Assembly: GCA_010909165.1 (NCBI GenBank)
Contig: MU008178.1
Coordinates: forward strand, 384,369 to 448,368
Length of the DNA stretch: 64,000 nt
DNA from: Anthoceros angustus
Lineage: Eukaryota; Plantae; Anthocerotophyta
Direction of reading: 5' to 3'
Position 1 is the first letter of the stretch. Each line of letters opens with the position of its first letter. This document shows positions 49,689 to 61,039 of this stretch, piece after piece. The notes below the pieces were generated by a model. It was given only the letters and a program-made list of their open reading frames with translations, was not told the DNA's origin and did no database searches. The translations under genes were made by a program, and so were the position numbers.

Positions 49689-50774
49689 TTCACCTATGGC
49701 ATTTGGAGTCCTGGAAGGAATGATGTCCATGCAACTTATCCCATACGAAGCGGAGCTTCAAAGTCCTAGTCCCTCCTTCCACATCCAGCGCGGCCGCATA
49801 ATAACCATGTCTTCAGCTCCAGCCCCAGCCCCAGCCCCAGCCCGGGCCCCCGCCCCAGGCACAAGGCACACGGCACGAAAACTTGTTCCATTAGGGTTTT
49901 CATTGCGCTGTTTTTGTGAGGAATAAATGCCGGCTCACCTAACCTGCGTCACGAGGCTCGTACTCCGGATCCCGTACAGGCGTACAGGCGGTGCGGGGCC
50001 CGGTCCGGTGTCCGGTGTCCGGGAGGTCGCTGGAGGGGTGGCGGACGGGCAGCGGGCAGGCACCTGCCCGGGACAGCCTTGGCGCCGGAATCTCAGTGTC
50101 CGGACGGGTCGGAGTCACGCGTTCCCCGGCTCGCCCTGCTTTCTGCCATTCTGCTAGATGTTTTCTTTTTTGAAAATTCGGCGGTGACGCCGCTGCAAGT
50201 CTGGAATTAATCACACTGGCCGGTGCCATCTCGATATGCGGTAAAGCAAACACCGGCTCTGAGGGGGGTTCTGTGGGCTGCTGTGTCACTCTATGTACAT
50301 CATCTGTACCACCGAATTGGAAGCTGTGTTTCCACTTCCACCGCCAAGGAGGAGTGAATCGTGAATCGTGATCGGGCTTGTATGCGAGGAATACAATATT
50401 CGAGAACACTCGCAGGCATGCATGCCATTATGCACTTCCTTGACAGAATCATCGGATATGATATGGGTTTGCAACTTCGCACTAAGCAAAGCTAAAGCTT
50501 TGGAGTGTGTTTATACAACTTCCAGGAAGGCCTTGGTATAGGAGCTATGAAGATGGTTGCTGTACGAGGGGACATGCATTCAGATGGTGGCAAAGCGTGA
50601 GGAGGCGGAAGCACATGGTACACACAGGCCTACGCCTGTTGGACATGGGCCATGAACGTTTCTGTACAGAAGACTGAGGACTACTGCTATGCTACTGTAC
50701 ACTGTGTGGGCGGCAAGCTGCGGGCTTGGAGTTGGCTTGGCTTGGCATGGCTTGCAGCTGGGTTGGTTGGTTTC

Positions 50775-52094
50775 TCAGAAGGCCGTGGCCCAGGAGGCCC
50801 CGCTGCCCACGCGGGGGAAACGAGGAGCGACCTCCATGTTGGCGACATCCACCTGAAAGAGGGCTCCACAGGCCTGACCTTGGGTGTCCACTCCTGCAAC
50901 GCACTTCACCGAGTGGAGAGGGTGCTCGAAGCTGTGCAGGCCTCCCACGCTGCTGAAGAAGCAGCCTGGCAAGCCACCACGGTGCAAGCTGGTTGGCAAA
51001 CATGCATCCGAAGATGGGAGAGACGACTTTGCAGAGAGGGCATGCAGCCGATGCGAGATGTGGGATGTGAGGGAAGGCGATACGAACCTGCCGGGAAGGG
51101 AGAGCACGTCTTGCCGCATCCTTCCTTGAGCACGCAAATGTTCCCTGAGAAAGCGAGAGCTCCGTCCGCTGTGGTGCCCCAGTACATGGGTACCTTGCCG
51201 TGGGAGTCCTGCGAGGGAACGTTGCCGCCAACAGTCTGTCAGGACTCACAATTCGGCCAGGCTAGAGCCATATGCGCCATCAATTGTCCATCGACAAGGG
51301 CACTGACAGCGGCCACGAAGACGGTGCGGGTTGTGGAGTCGAAGATTTGGAAGGCGAAGTAGCCGCCCAACGACTTCACCACTTGGTCGGGCGGGTAGGG
51401 GGCGCGGTCGCGCATGGATCGGTACATCTCGATCACCTGGACCGCCTCGTTCACGCCCTTGGATAGCCCGTACTGGCGGCGAAGCTGAGGGAGGTTCTCC
51501 AGATTGCCCTCGAACATGCAGAAGATGCCATCCACCACGCCCAAGGACCTGCCACAATTCTAGAAGCTTTTCACTTAATCCCTCCGCGAGACTGTGAGCT
51601 AGATTCAGCTCCCAGCCTCGGTCTGTGGGATTGTTAGAAAGCAGAGACGAGCAGGGCATCGTCGGTAAAGCTGGACCTTAGACCAGACTCCAGGGACCGT
51701 TCTAGCCAAGATTTATCTTGGCTGCCATGGATACATTAGCATTGAAAGCCAACGCCAGCTTTGCCAAGCACGACATATACAAGTTTATGAGAAGCGGGCC
51801 ACAGAGGTTGCAGCTGCCGCAAACAGATGCCAACTGGTTCCAAGAACTTCCACATACATCTATTGGGATGATTGCTGGGATGGACATGCACGCGCACCTT
51901 GGTCTTGGAAGGCTCTGGTTTTTGTGGGTCACGGCCATGGCACTCACATCGTCAAATTGCACCGTGATTGCCTGCGGATCTGCTGCTCTAAACGCTGCCA
52001 GAATGTCTCCGCTACGCCGAGGTCGGTGATATGCATCGTGCCGCGCAAGCTCCGGGGGGGCCCGGACACAATTTTTATTGAACATGCCCAACAT
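50775..52094 (-). CDS. TSJT1: Stem-specific protein TSJT1 / DUF3700 (wali7, Ntn-hydrolase-like), 4 exons
   Basis: MLGMFNKNCVRAPPEL; GIFCMFEGNLENLPQLRRQYGLSK..NEAVQVIEMYRSMRDRAPYPPDQVV..L.G.FAF; GKVPMYWG..ADG.LAFS; FFSSVGGLHSFEHP...CGALF.VD...PRVGS.ASW. Confidence 0.9.
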
Positions 52095-52519
52095 GGCTGC
52101 TGCCTGGAGGAGCTCTTGGAGATGCCGGCTTTCAGGCGCTAGCCTGCTTTCACCCAAGAGTTTTGCATGCCAACCACGTCCAAGACAGAAAGGCAAACAG
52201 CAAATCAGGCAGGGTCGTCTGCGTCACTGCAGTGGATGCACTACGAACTGCAGTCTCGTGCCAGATGTCGGAACAATACTGCACAGAGCATGCAGAACGG
52301 CCGATGTTCACGGGCATCAGCAGCAGACTGGATAGCTGTTACGGGCAAGATTTCTAGAAGAGTCGAACTATCCCTAAAACAAAACAAAAACCTGTGCTGC
52401 GTTCTCAAAAATCACACCTAAAGGTGCTCCAGGCTATTAGCCAACAGGCAACTGCCGGAGGAAAGCAAATACAAAGATGGGCCTGGAGATAAAACGACAG
52501 TCAGCAACAAGGGTGTGCT

Positions 52520-53419
52520 TCAACGCCTCTTCTTCCATATGGTTTCAGGCTTGTTCAGCTTCATGGCTGTGTATCTCGCAGCCGTGAAGAGGTAATCGCT
52601 CAGCCTGTTCAAGTATACTGACACAGCGGGCTCCACCAGATCTGCAGCTACCAAAGTCACCACTCTCCTCTCTGCCCTCCTGCAAACAGACCTGGCCAGG
52701 TGCAGTGCAGCTGCTGGCAGTCCACCGGAGGGCAATATGAAGTTGGACAGAGCGGGAAGCTCCTCATCCATATCATCTATCCACTTCTCCAGTGTCTCCA
52801 CAGCCTTGGCATCAAACTTGACTCTTGCAACCTTGGAAGCGGAGCCGCTATTCAGAGGGGTGGCAACAGCTGACCCTATGTCCAGTAGCCGAGACTGGAT
52901 CTCCTCAATCTGCTCCATGGTGGAGGATATGGATGCCTGCGAGCAATACTCGTGAGCAAATCCCAAAGCACTGTTAACTTCGTCCACATCACCCAGAGCC
53001 TCAAATGTGTCATCATCCTTTCTCCGTCTTTGCCCATCGTAGAGCGAGGACGTACCTTTGTCACCTGTCTTTGTGTAGATCTTGAAACGACTAGCGGAAG
53101 TGGGAGTTGCAGGAGGAGCAGCAGCAGAGGCATCGGAGGTTGCAGGTATGGGAGCCATCTCAGAGGAGGAGGATGACATAAAGCAAACAGACGAGCTGCC
53201 AGGAAGAAAAAGGGGGAATGCGGATCTCCTAAAGCCGACGGAGGCAGCGAGAGGGGCAAAAGGGTGAGACAGGGAAGACGACTGTGCAGAGCGGCTGAAA
53301 ACTCTTGTAGACCTAAAATACGGCAAACGCAAACCTCTTGCACCAGATGGAGGACCCACTAAGGCACACACTGCTCGAGAAGCCTTGATTGTGGAAACAA
53401 TCGACCTCGTTACCGACAT
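52520..53419 (-). CDS. MMAB: ATP:cob(I)alamin adenosyltransferase (PduO/MMAB/CblB type) with an N-terminal organelle-targeting-like extension
   Basis: KIYTKTGDKGTSSL...FEALGDVDEVNSALG...IQSRLLDIGS...LP.L.NFILPSGG..AA.LHLARSVCRRAERR...YLNRLSDYLFTAARY; 299-aa intronless ORF with an Arg/Ser-rich N-terminus. Confidence 0.95.
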   Translation of the reverse strand: MSVTRSIVSTIKASRAVCALVGPPSGARGLRLPYFRSTRVFSRSAQSSSLSHPFAPLAASVGFRRSAFPLFLPGSSSVCFMSSSSSEMAPIPATSDASAAAPPATPTSASRFKIYTKTGDKGTSSLYDGQRRRKDDDTFEALGDVDEVNSALGFAHEYCSQASISSTMEQIEEIQSRLLDIGSAVATPLNSGSASKVARVKFDAKAVETLEKWIDDMDEELPALSNFILPSGGLPAAALHLARSVCRRAERRVVTLVAADLVEPAVSVYLNRLSDYLFTAARYTAMKLNKPETIWKKRR

Positions 53420-53639
53420 TCCCAGGCTTCAAATTAGTACAACAGGCAAGGATTTGGAGGCAAACCAGACGACGCAACCGAGCTTGTTCGAGTCTGAACC
53501 AGATATACTGTGTGATCTGCAAAAAGGACGCGGCACTGAGGGCATCGTGACACGAACATAGACCAAACCTAAACCACGCAGCAGACGGGGGAGATACTGT
53601 GGACTCACCGACTTCAGCCTAGGGTGCGACGTACATGTC

Positions 53640-53768
53640 TCAGCTCTTGCCCTTTTTCAACTTGTGGATCCCCTTCTTGAGGACGTGCTTGACGCTGCTC
53701 ACGCCTTTGCTGAAGGCATGAGTAACCTTATGCAAGCCCTTCTTGATGGAGTGAGTAAACTGCGGCAT
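53640..53768 (-). CDS. 42-aa Lys/His-rich small ORF upstream of MMAB (putative uORF or bicistronic peptide)
   Basis: ATG 53768 to TGA 53640 encodes MPQFTHSIKKGLHKVTHAFSKGVSSVKHVLKKGIHKLKKGKS, followed by a putative GTGAGT...TTTTTGCAG intron (53608-53517) leading into the MMAB leader. Confidence 0.5.
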   Translation of the reverse strand: MPQFTHSIKKGLHKVTHAFSKGVSSVKHVLKKGIHKLKKGKS

Positions 53769-54011
53769 CCTGCTTCCCTGTTCCCAATCTCAAACACAAC
53801 CCGATCCCAGAGCACGGGCAGCTGATGATACACCACTCGATGACCCAGCACACAAGCGATCGTGAAATCGTGCAGATTCACGCGTCCAACAGGACTAAAG
53901 GTAGACACGCGACACACAGCTGACGGTGAGCTGGCCACCGTGGTTCAGATTATGTTAAACAAACGTATAAAAAACAGAAATCGTACAAACCAGTTCAGGT
54001 TACCATGTTAA

Positions 54012-54038
54012 ATATATATATATATATATATATATATA
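54012..54038. repeat. (TA)n microsatellite
   Basis: Pure AT run. Confidence 0.95.
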
Positions 54039-54599
54039 ATCTCCAAATCATATGTGCCATCTGGTAACCCTGGTGCGACTCCAGTCACCCATTCCCTTCA
54101 CTGGAGGAGCTGAGTTGATGAGTTCCTCAACATAGGAGTAATCAGCAGTCAAGACTCTGTCTTCGTTTTTGTCACTGTTCCAGGTGTGCTTTGCAAGCAA
54201 AAGGCTCTCCTCGTCTGCCTGGAACATGTCTGGCCACCAATTGCAGCAATCAAGCCTGAGGTCCCTGGAACCAGTTTAACAATAGCAATGCATGCAACAA
54301 TAGGAATCATGGTGTCACAGGGCAGGAACACGCCAGGCCATAATATTGATGAGAAAGACACTTGGCTTACTACCACCGATTGCATCAACCTTCAGGGGAA
54401 GAGCTGTGGAGGCCAGTTCAGCGTACGAATCTGGGAAGCAGGTTTTGCACAAGTAGACAAGAGTCCTTGCGTGAGCTGGCTTTGCTATTAAGAGCGTTTC
54501 TGAATTGTATACCGCAGTAGCTTGCCTACGAAGGTAGCTTGTTACCCTTACAGCTTACGGGGTGACAATGACAATGAGTCTTCACCTAAACGACAACTG

Positions 54600-56550
54600 A
54601 TTGACTGGAATGGCGAGACCGAGTCTTCGCGCAGCTTCAGAGGGCCATGTGTCGGGAATCAGGCAACAGTGATTGAACTGGTTTGATATCTATTGCTTGT
54701 CCCTGAAGCGAGCTGCGGGGCTGCCTTGTATAAGTTCTGTTGTGTTGCATCCACAGTTGTCAGATCTAGCAACCGTGGGTCTGCTTCATTCGCAAGCTCT
54801 CTGAAATGGTGTTCTGGAAGGCCGGCCATGGCGGGAGGCGAGGCCTAAGTGCTACTGCTGCACTGCTGTTGGTGTTGTTGTTCCTCGCCATCGCGGTTCA
54901 TGCCGGGCATGCCCTTGAAAACGGCGGTGGCTGGAGGCAGCAGGTGGGCAGTTCTTCATAAAACTTTGCGTTTGAAACCTCGATGATGGGAACTTGGCAA
55001 CTCTTCAGTCTTCAGCAATCAAGCAGTCACTGTGTGGCTTCGAGTTCTCACCACACGGTTTGAAAGCACCTGCAGATGAGGGATAGGCGTTAGTCTGCAA
55101 CCCGTAGCTTCTCATTGGCACAGTTTGTTGTCTGCAGATGCGTCGTTTGGGCAGGACCGCTCCCGTACGGTATCCTGCACCGCCTACCGACGCCACCTTG
55201 CCGGTAATCGGAGTCAAGCCAGCACACCCATGCCCCAATTGCTGATATGAAACATGTTGTCCACACTGATAACTTCACCTTAAAAGGAATCCATGTAGAC
55301 ATTTCTGCCGTTTGGCAGATGTGGAATGAATTTGCTGAGATGTCTTGAATCGCTTCTGAACTTTAGGGTAGCGTGGGGATAGCCCGTGTGGTCAGTTGTG
55401 CAGAACGTAAGACCAGAAAATCAAGGCCTTGGGCTGGGTCGTCAGGCCTCAAACGTGCCATACATTTCATAGCACAGCTCTGTCCAAGCATTTCATAGCA
55501 CAGCACAGCTTGTCAAACTTGTCACTGATCAGCACAAGTGCTTGTGCATGACATGCTGTAGGTCGCCTGCACGAGCCCCGTCGTGAGATGATAGTCCATT
55601 TTGTCAGTAGACGGTGATATTCTGCCCAGGCGCAAGGGAATTGCGTGGTCGATGCTCGCTGTGCTTGAGCTTGTGCACGGAAGCCCTTCAGGCAGCTGCA
55701 GAGGAATGGAGCTGTTCACCCTGCTCTGTTCGTTGTCGTTTAGGTGCAACTCTTGCAACCACGTCCTTTCCCGTAATAGTGTGCCTTGGTAATAAGGCCA
55801 GCTAGCGATGTATTTCAGGAATGCTCTGGCAAAGTCAGGCTGAGCCTCACACAAGGAGTCAAGGACGCATTTCAACCTGTGCAATTCCTGCTTCCCCACA
55901 TTAGTCATTTCTGCGGGATGGCCGCTGTCGCACCACCACAACTCCTGAAAAACTGCCTCACTTCCTGGCAAGAAGAAAAAGTCGTTGGGCACCTTGGGAC
56001 TCCTGGGAGGGAGACGTAAGAGGCCCAATTGTCGCGAATCAGGCGAGCAGCTGGGCTGCCTTGTGTAGGTTCTGTGTATCCACGTCACAAATCCCCCACT
56101 TGTCAAACTTAGCGACCGAAGATCTGCTGTCATTCGCAAGCTTGCTGAAATGGTGTTCCGGAAGGCCGGCCATGGCGGGAGGCGGGGTCTCAGTGCCACT
56201 GCTGCTGCACTGCTGCTGGTATTGTTGTTCCTTGCCATCGCGGTTCATGCCGGGCATGCCCTTGGAGACGCTATAGGCTGGAGGCAGCAGGTGGGCAGCC
56301 CTTTACACAGTGTCGATTTGCGTTTGAGAGCTCGATGGTGAGGAACTTGGGAACTCTTCAGACCTCGAACGGGCCAGTTAATAGCGCGTTTGATCGCAAT
56401 ACAAGCAGTCACTGTGTGGCTTCGAGTTCTGGACACACGGTTTGGAATGCCCTGCAGATGCACTGTGTTGAGCTCACCACACGATTTGAAAGCACCTGCG
56501 GATGAGGAATAGTGCCTTAGTTGCAACCCGGGGCTTCTCATTAGCACAGT
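54600..56550 (-). other. Diverged tandem duplicate of an unidentified coding-like sequence (54640-55130 vs 56020-56540); ORF 55522-56238 open in copy 2
   Basis: Shared GGAAGGCCGGCCATGGCGGGAGGCG...CATCGCGGTTCATGCCGGGCATGCCCTTG...GGCTGGAGGCAGCAGGTGGGCAG. The 238-aa ORF has no recognised family. Confidence 0.5.
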
Positions 56551-56628
56551 TTGTATGCGGATTCAACAATGGTCCTGAAATCCCAAGTCACCGGGCTAGG
56601 CTAAATATCGCCCGTCGCCTAAGGCTAA

Positions 56629-56956
56629 GGGCGGATTCGCATGAACCCGCTTCCGGCTGTGTTCCGTAAGTTTTTTAACGTGGCGGGGCGTCCGCATGTA
56701 AAGTGGCAAACCGAACCCGGAACTTTTCGCAGCAGGTCTCCGTTAACGGTCTTCACACACGGGACTGAAGATAAGCACCGGATGCAGCCCGTCGTAGCTT
56801 CTTTCCGGAGCCGGAACCGATTACAACCATCTAAAAAAAGCCCCGGTACCGTAAACATAGGGCAGGCCTTTCGTATGCTAAACATGCTCTCATGGCGGGC
56901 CCTTTTCCGCCAAAATGTCATTCCGAAAGCGGAGGTGCCCACATGCGAATCCGCCC
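56629..56956. mobile_element. PIF/Harbinger (Tourist-like) MITE, 328 bp
   Basis: Perfect 15-bp TIR GGGCGGATTCGCATG (56629-56643) / CATGCGAATCCGCCC (56942-56956) with TAA on both flanks. Confidence 0.9.
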
Positions 56957-57176
56957 TAACGCAAACTTAATGAGCCCTGCCATTCGTACCGCCCGTGTGG
57001 CCACGCACCTTGATGCAAAGCCGAGAGGCATGAGGCCGGCATGCCTCTCTTTCTTTCCGGCGTCTCCCTTTCCGACAATGGGCATCCGTCATCGCTCCTC
57101 GTAACAGCTCCCTCCACCCTCCTCTCAACGGCTCCCATCCGCGCTCCTCTCAACGCTCCGTCCGCACCTGGTCACC

Positions 57177-57278
57177 TGTCTCTGGTGTCAACCTGTTCAC
57201 CAAGCACTCGATCACGAACTCCCATTGTCTCTGGTGTCAACCTGTTCACCAAGCACTCGATCACGAACTCCCATTGTC
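57177..57278. repeat. About 50-bp tandem duplication
   Basis: TGTCTCTGGTGTCAACCTGTTCACCAAGCACTCGATCACGAACTCCCAT x2. Confidence 0.9.
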
Positions 57279-57599
57279 CTGTCCATTTTGAACTGTAATA
57301 GATTATGCACACACGGCTTTCAATTATGAAGACACTTGATTCACAACAAGTGCTATGACGTCGCTTCTCTACCTCTAGCTTGTGTTACAAAAGGCTTCTC
57401 CTTTGATGGAGGAGGCCTAGACCATACATTACCGACATCCTGAAGGGCTTGGGCCGTTTTCTTGTGTTGGTTTCTTCCATGCAAATTCCCAAAATGCTCG
57501 CTTCCTCTTTGTAGAAGTATCCCTCCCACATCTTTGACCATATGTGGGGTGATGGCCAAGCCCTCCTCCACACCGTAGCCTCTATGCCCTCTAATGTCC

Positions 57600-59800
57600 G
57601 TGATAAAACCTACTACAAGTCCTTGAGCATGGTCCAGAGGTGAGGATGCCGCTCAACTAGGCTTTGTAAGTTCTTGAGACTACATCTAAATCGAGCCAAA
57701 GCTCGCCTCGACCGACATTCAAGTTCATATCCTCAAGAACGTCCCGAATGGTTTCACCTCCATACATTAGCTACCTCAACTTGCTCTTCGCATCCCTACC
57801 GGTTGTAGAAGTCAAGCTGTGGTCTTGTGAGAACCGTCATGAGGCTTATGGTGCATAAGCTCCTGCACCAAAGAAAGTGTGGGCACGAGCTTGTGGAGTA
57901 GCATCAACACCTTAACTTGGTGCTTACAAGTGTGCCTCAGCCCAAGGGCATGAGCACGCTGCCCAACTTCCGTCAACATTGGAGACCACATATGCCATAC
58001 CCTCATTGTTCTTGCCTGCAAGGACATAAGCATTTATGTCCTTTGCAATTGGGAGAATCACAGACGTATCCACTATTTTGGCAGCCTTAGCCACTGCATG
58101 CTCTACCATACGTTCAAGCTTGCTATTTCGAACGAAGCCATGCTCCTTACACTGTTGTTGATACCAAAAGTGCACATCCACCTCATCTACTAAAATATGC
58201 AGAAGCCAATCAACACGCCTACCTCGTAACAACTGCTTGGTGAATGAAGCTCTCACCTTCAATCAATCGAGCTATTACAGTCTTGCCCTGCATGGGGCAC
58301 TGTCCGGACAACTTTGAGCCACATGTGTATGATGTTGTCCCACTAGTGCTTGAAGTACTTGATGAAAGCTGGAAAGAATGGCTCATATTGGACATGGATC
58401 TACCAATTTGAGCTTTGCTTCCTCTGAAATGTGTGGTGACCCTTTGAGGTACATAATGTCACCCAACTTTTGCATGATGTCCGCCCTTGCCTGCCCATTC
58501 TTCACTTTCTGCAATAAGTTTCGTAACCATGCACGCCTTACGTGCCAAAGGCATAAGAATACCAACATGCCATCCCCAAAAACGTACTTGATGGCATTGA
58601 TCTCCGCTTGGCAGTCATCTACTAAAAACGCATTGGGCTTCCAAGTTGGGTCTGCCAGCGTTGCTCGTGCCCGCAACACTTGTAACCATTCGGACATTCC
58701 TACTCCATCAACCTCCTTGCACAACACCCAAGCCATTGGAATCTCGTTCATGAAGTTATTGAACACCAACAAACTGACCAGCTGGAAATGCCACTTATTC
58801 AATCCAAAGGTGGCATCCATAGCTATGATAGAGTTATGCCCCCATGTAACCATCATCTCCAATATGAATGGTGTCTGCACACCGAGCACAAAACTGGTTG
58901 GAGCCATTCTTGAAACAGCAGGATTCTCAGGATAGAAAACTAAGTGCCTATTGACGTCCATCCAAATACGGACACTCTCTGCGTCATTGGTGTGTGGTGA
59001 TATGTAGAAGTTTATAAACTTCCATATTTTGGACATCCTTTGGTGTCAAAAATCATCCTCGTAAACTTGTAACTGCATCCTCGTCGTTTCTCATGCACTC
59101 CTTCTTCGTGGTCAAGCAATATCATTGTTTAGGTACTTGACACAACAACTTGTGCACCCACCTCCTCTTTTCTTGTGGCGGGGGCTAGCGTGCGGGATGG
59201 GATAGGGGACTGGCATGAGTTCTCCATGATGTAATTCACGTGGCATCCGTGTGAAAACAATGCGCAACCTCACTTCCACTATATCGTGCCACTTAAGTAA
59301 CCGGGTCACAACAAATTGGAAGAGGCATCCACGTTTCTTACTCATCGTTGGACGTCTACTGCTCGCCCCTGTCTTGGGCCTCACATTTGGAGCAAGGAAA
59401 GAAGACGTCATAGCAGCCTCCCCACGCGGTCATCGGGCTCGACGACAATGGTAGATTGTCACCTCGCTTCCTTGTGTGTCTTTGACATGTTGCTTTGGTT
59501 CCGCGTCTTCACCCAATGACGCAGCTTGATGAAGCAGGTGGGAAGCAAGCATTTGCTTTCTCACCTGCAATAAAATCACCTACACGGTCAGTAGGAATGT
59601 AAGCGCGCTTCACATTCATGTGCATTTTCATCTTCCCTTGATGATTGCCCACAACCCATGACAAATGCTCCTTGGTGAAGATGCCGGGCTCCGGTGTCTG
59701 CACTTGAGTGTGAGGCAAATGTTCCATTTTGCTAACATCACGATATTGGAGAGATTGTCGCTCGCTTGCTCGATCGTACCCGTCAAGCTTCCCTCTGAAC
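57600..59800 (-). mobile_element. MULE transposase with SWIM zinc finger, degenerate
   Basis: IAMDATFGLNK..F.LVSLLVF...IPMAW; FLVDDCQAEINAIK.VF...FLCLWHVRRAW; RVDWLLHILVDEV; WAACSCP...CKHQVKV. Confidence 0.85.
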
Positions 59801-60439
59801 CGAACCGCATTAGAAGTAACAGCGTCTGTTTAGAAAGGGGTTTCTCCTGTCAAAAGGGGTTTTGGAAAAAATCCCAACCCTATTTCGCCGGAAACTGAAG
59901 TTGGTTTGGTTTTTATTGGTTTTTGTAGGTGTTCATCCATCGGTTTCGGGCATTCTCGGCTCCGGCACCACTTCCTGTCGAGTCATTTACACCGCCTGGC
60001 GCCTTATACTCAGGTTCATGGCGATTTAGTCGGTGTGATGAAGGGCCAGTGACCTCATTGTTCCATAATTTCGTCATGTCCGTAGTTTCTACATTTTGTG
60101 TGGTTTTGTATGTTTTCGTATACCAGGGGGGCCTAGGCGCGCATAAGTGCGCACCTAAACAACGCTATGTGCAAACTTGTGCATGCACTGTGCAAAAAGA
60201 ATGCGAAAAATGATCTTCAAATGGGGAAGCATGTCCTTTTGGCGGTCTGAGGATGTGCTGGAACTCCCAACAAAATAACAAGTAGCAGACATCGGCGGAG
60301 GTTCACCTAGACCACTCTTATATACCTATCCTATGCCCTAATGCGACGAAGAACACCCTATCCCCTTTTTATTCTTTACGGTGTTTAGTCTCTTTCGTGA
60401 CCTAAGTGGGTTATCATCAAACATGCCGAGGGCCCTGGG

Positions 60440-60760
60440 TGAACAAGTGCATGCACCCGGGGCAAGGGGCACAGGTGTGCACACCGGGGGCAGGGGCCGG
60501 GTGCGTGCACTTGTGCGCGCACTTGTCTGCAGGGGGCAAGGGGCCGGGTGCGCACCTTGCCTGGCGGGCAGGATGCGGGTGCGTGCACTTGTGCGCGCGC
60601 ACCCTTGCCGGGCAAGGATGCCCGGGTGCGTGCACTTGTGCGCGCACTGTACCGAGGCAGGATGCGGGTGCGTGCACTTGTGCATGCACCCGGGCAAGGG
60701 GCCGGGTGCGTGCACTTGTGCATGCACCGGGCAAGGAGGCCCAAGTGTACACATGTGGCG
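60440..60760. repeat. Array of about 6 palindromic units CCGGGTGCGTGCAC-TT-GTGC(A/G)(T/C)GCAC(CCGG)
   Basis: GGGTGCGTGCACTTGTGC recurs at about 60497, 60577, 60624, 60666 and 60704; each unit is a near-perfect hairpin. Confidence 0.85.
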
Positions 60761-61039
60761 CGACTTCACCGACGGCCAGCCGGGCGCACAATCCGTGTCG
60801 TTGTAGTAAGGAGTCCGTTCAGAGAATGATAAGCCCGCTTGCCGCTTCGACCGATTCTCACCTTACTTTGCGTCCGCTCAACTTTAACACGCAATCGCTG
60901 CTTTATGCCTAACTACTCATAACGCTCACCGAACAGCCCCGGTGTGGCCAAACGCTTAAGGACCCGCTATGCGTGACGCTCCCGCACGCCACTGCCTTTA
61001 GTCCGCTCCTCTCATCACTCACCACGCCATCAACCTTGG

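Noticed and set aside
49939-50409. 156-aa minus-strand ORF between TSJT1 and DRC3
   Set aside because: Non-ATG start, low-complexity GC-rich C-terminal half, no recognisable domain; probably promoter/UTR.
60338-60912. 124-168 aa Cys/His-rich ORFs (CTHP/CVHL repeats)
   Set aside because: Translations of the palindromic GTGCAC array, not zinc-finger genes.
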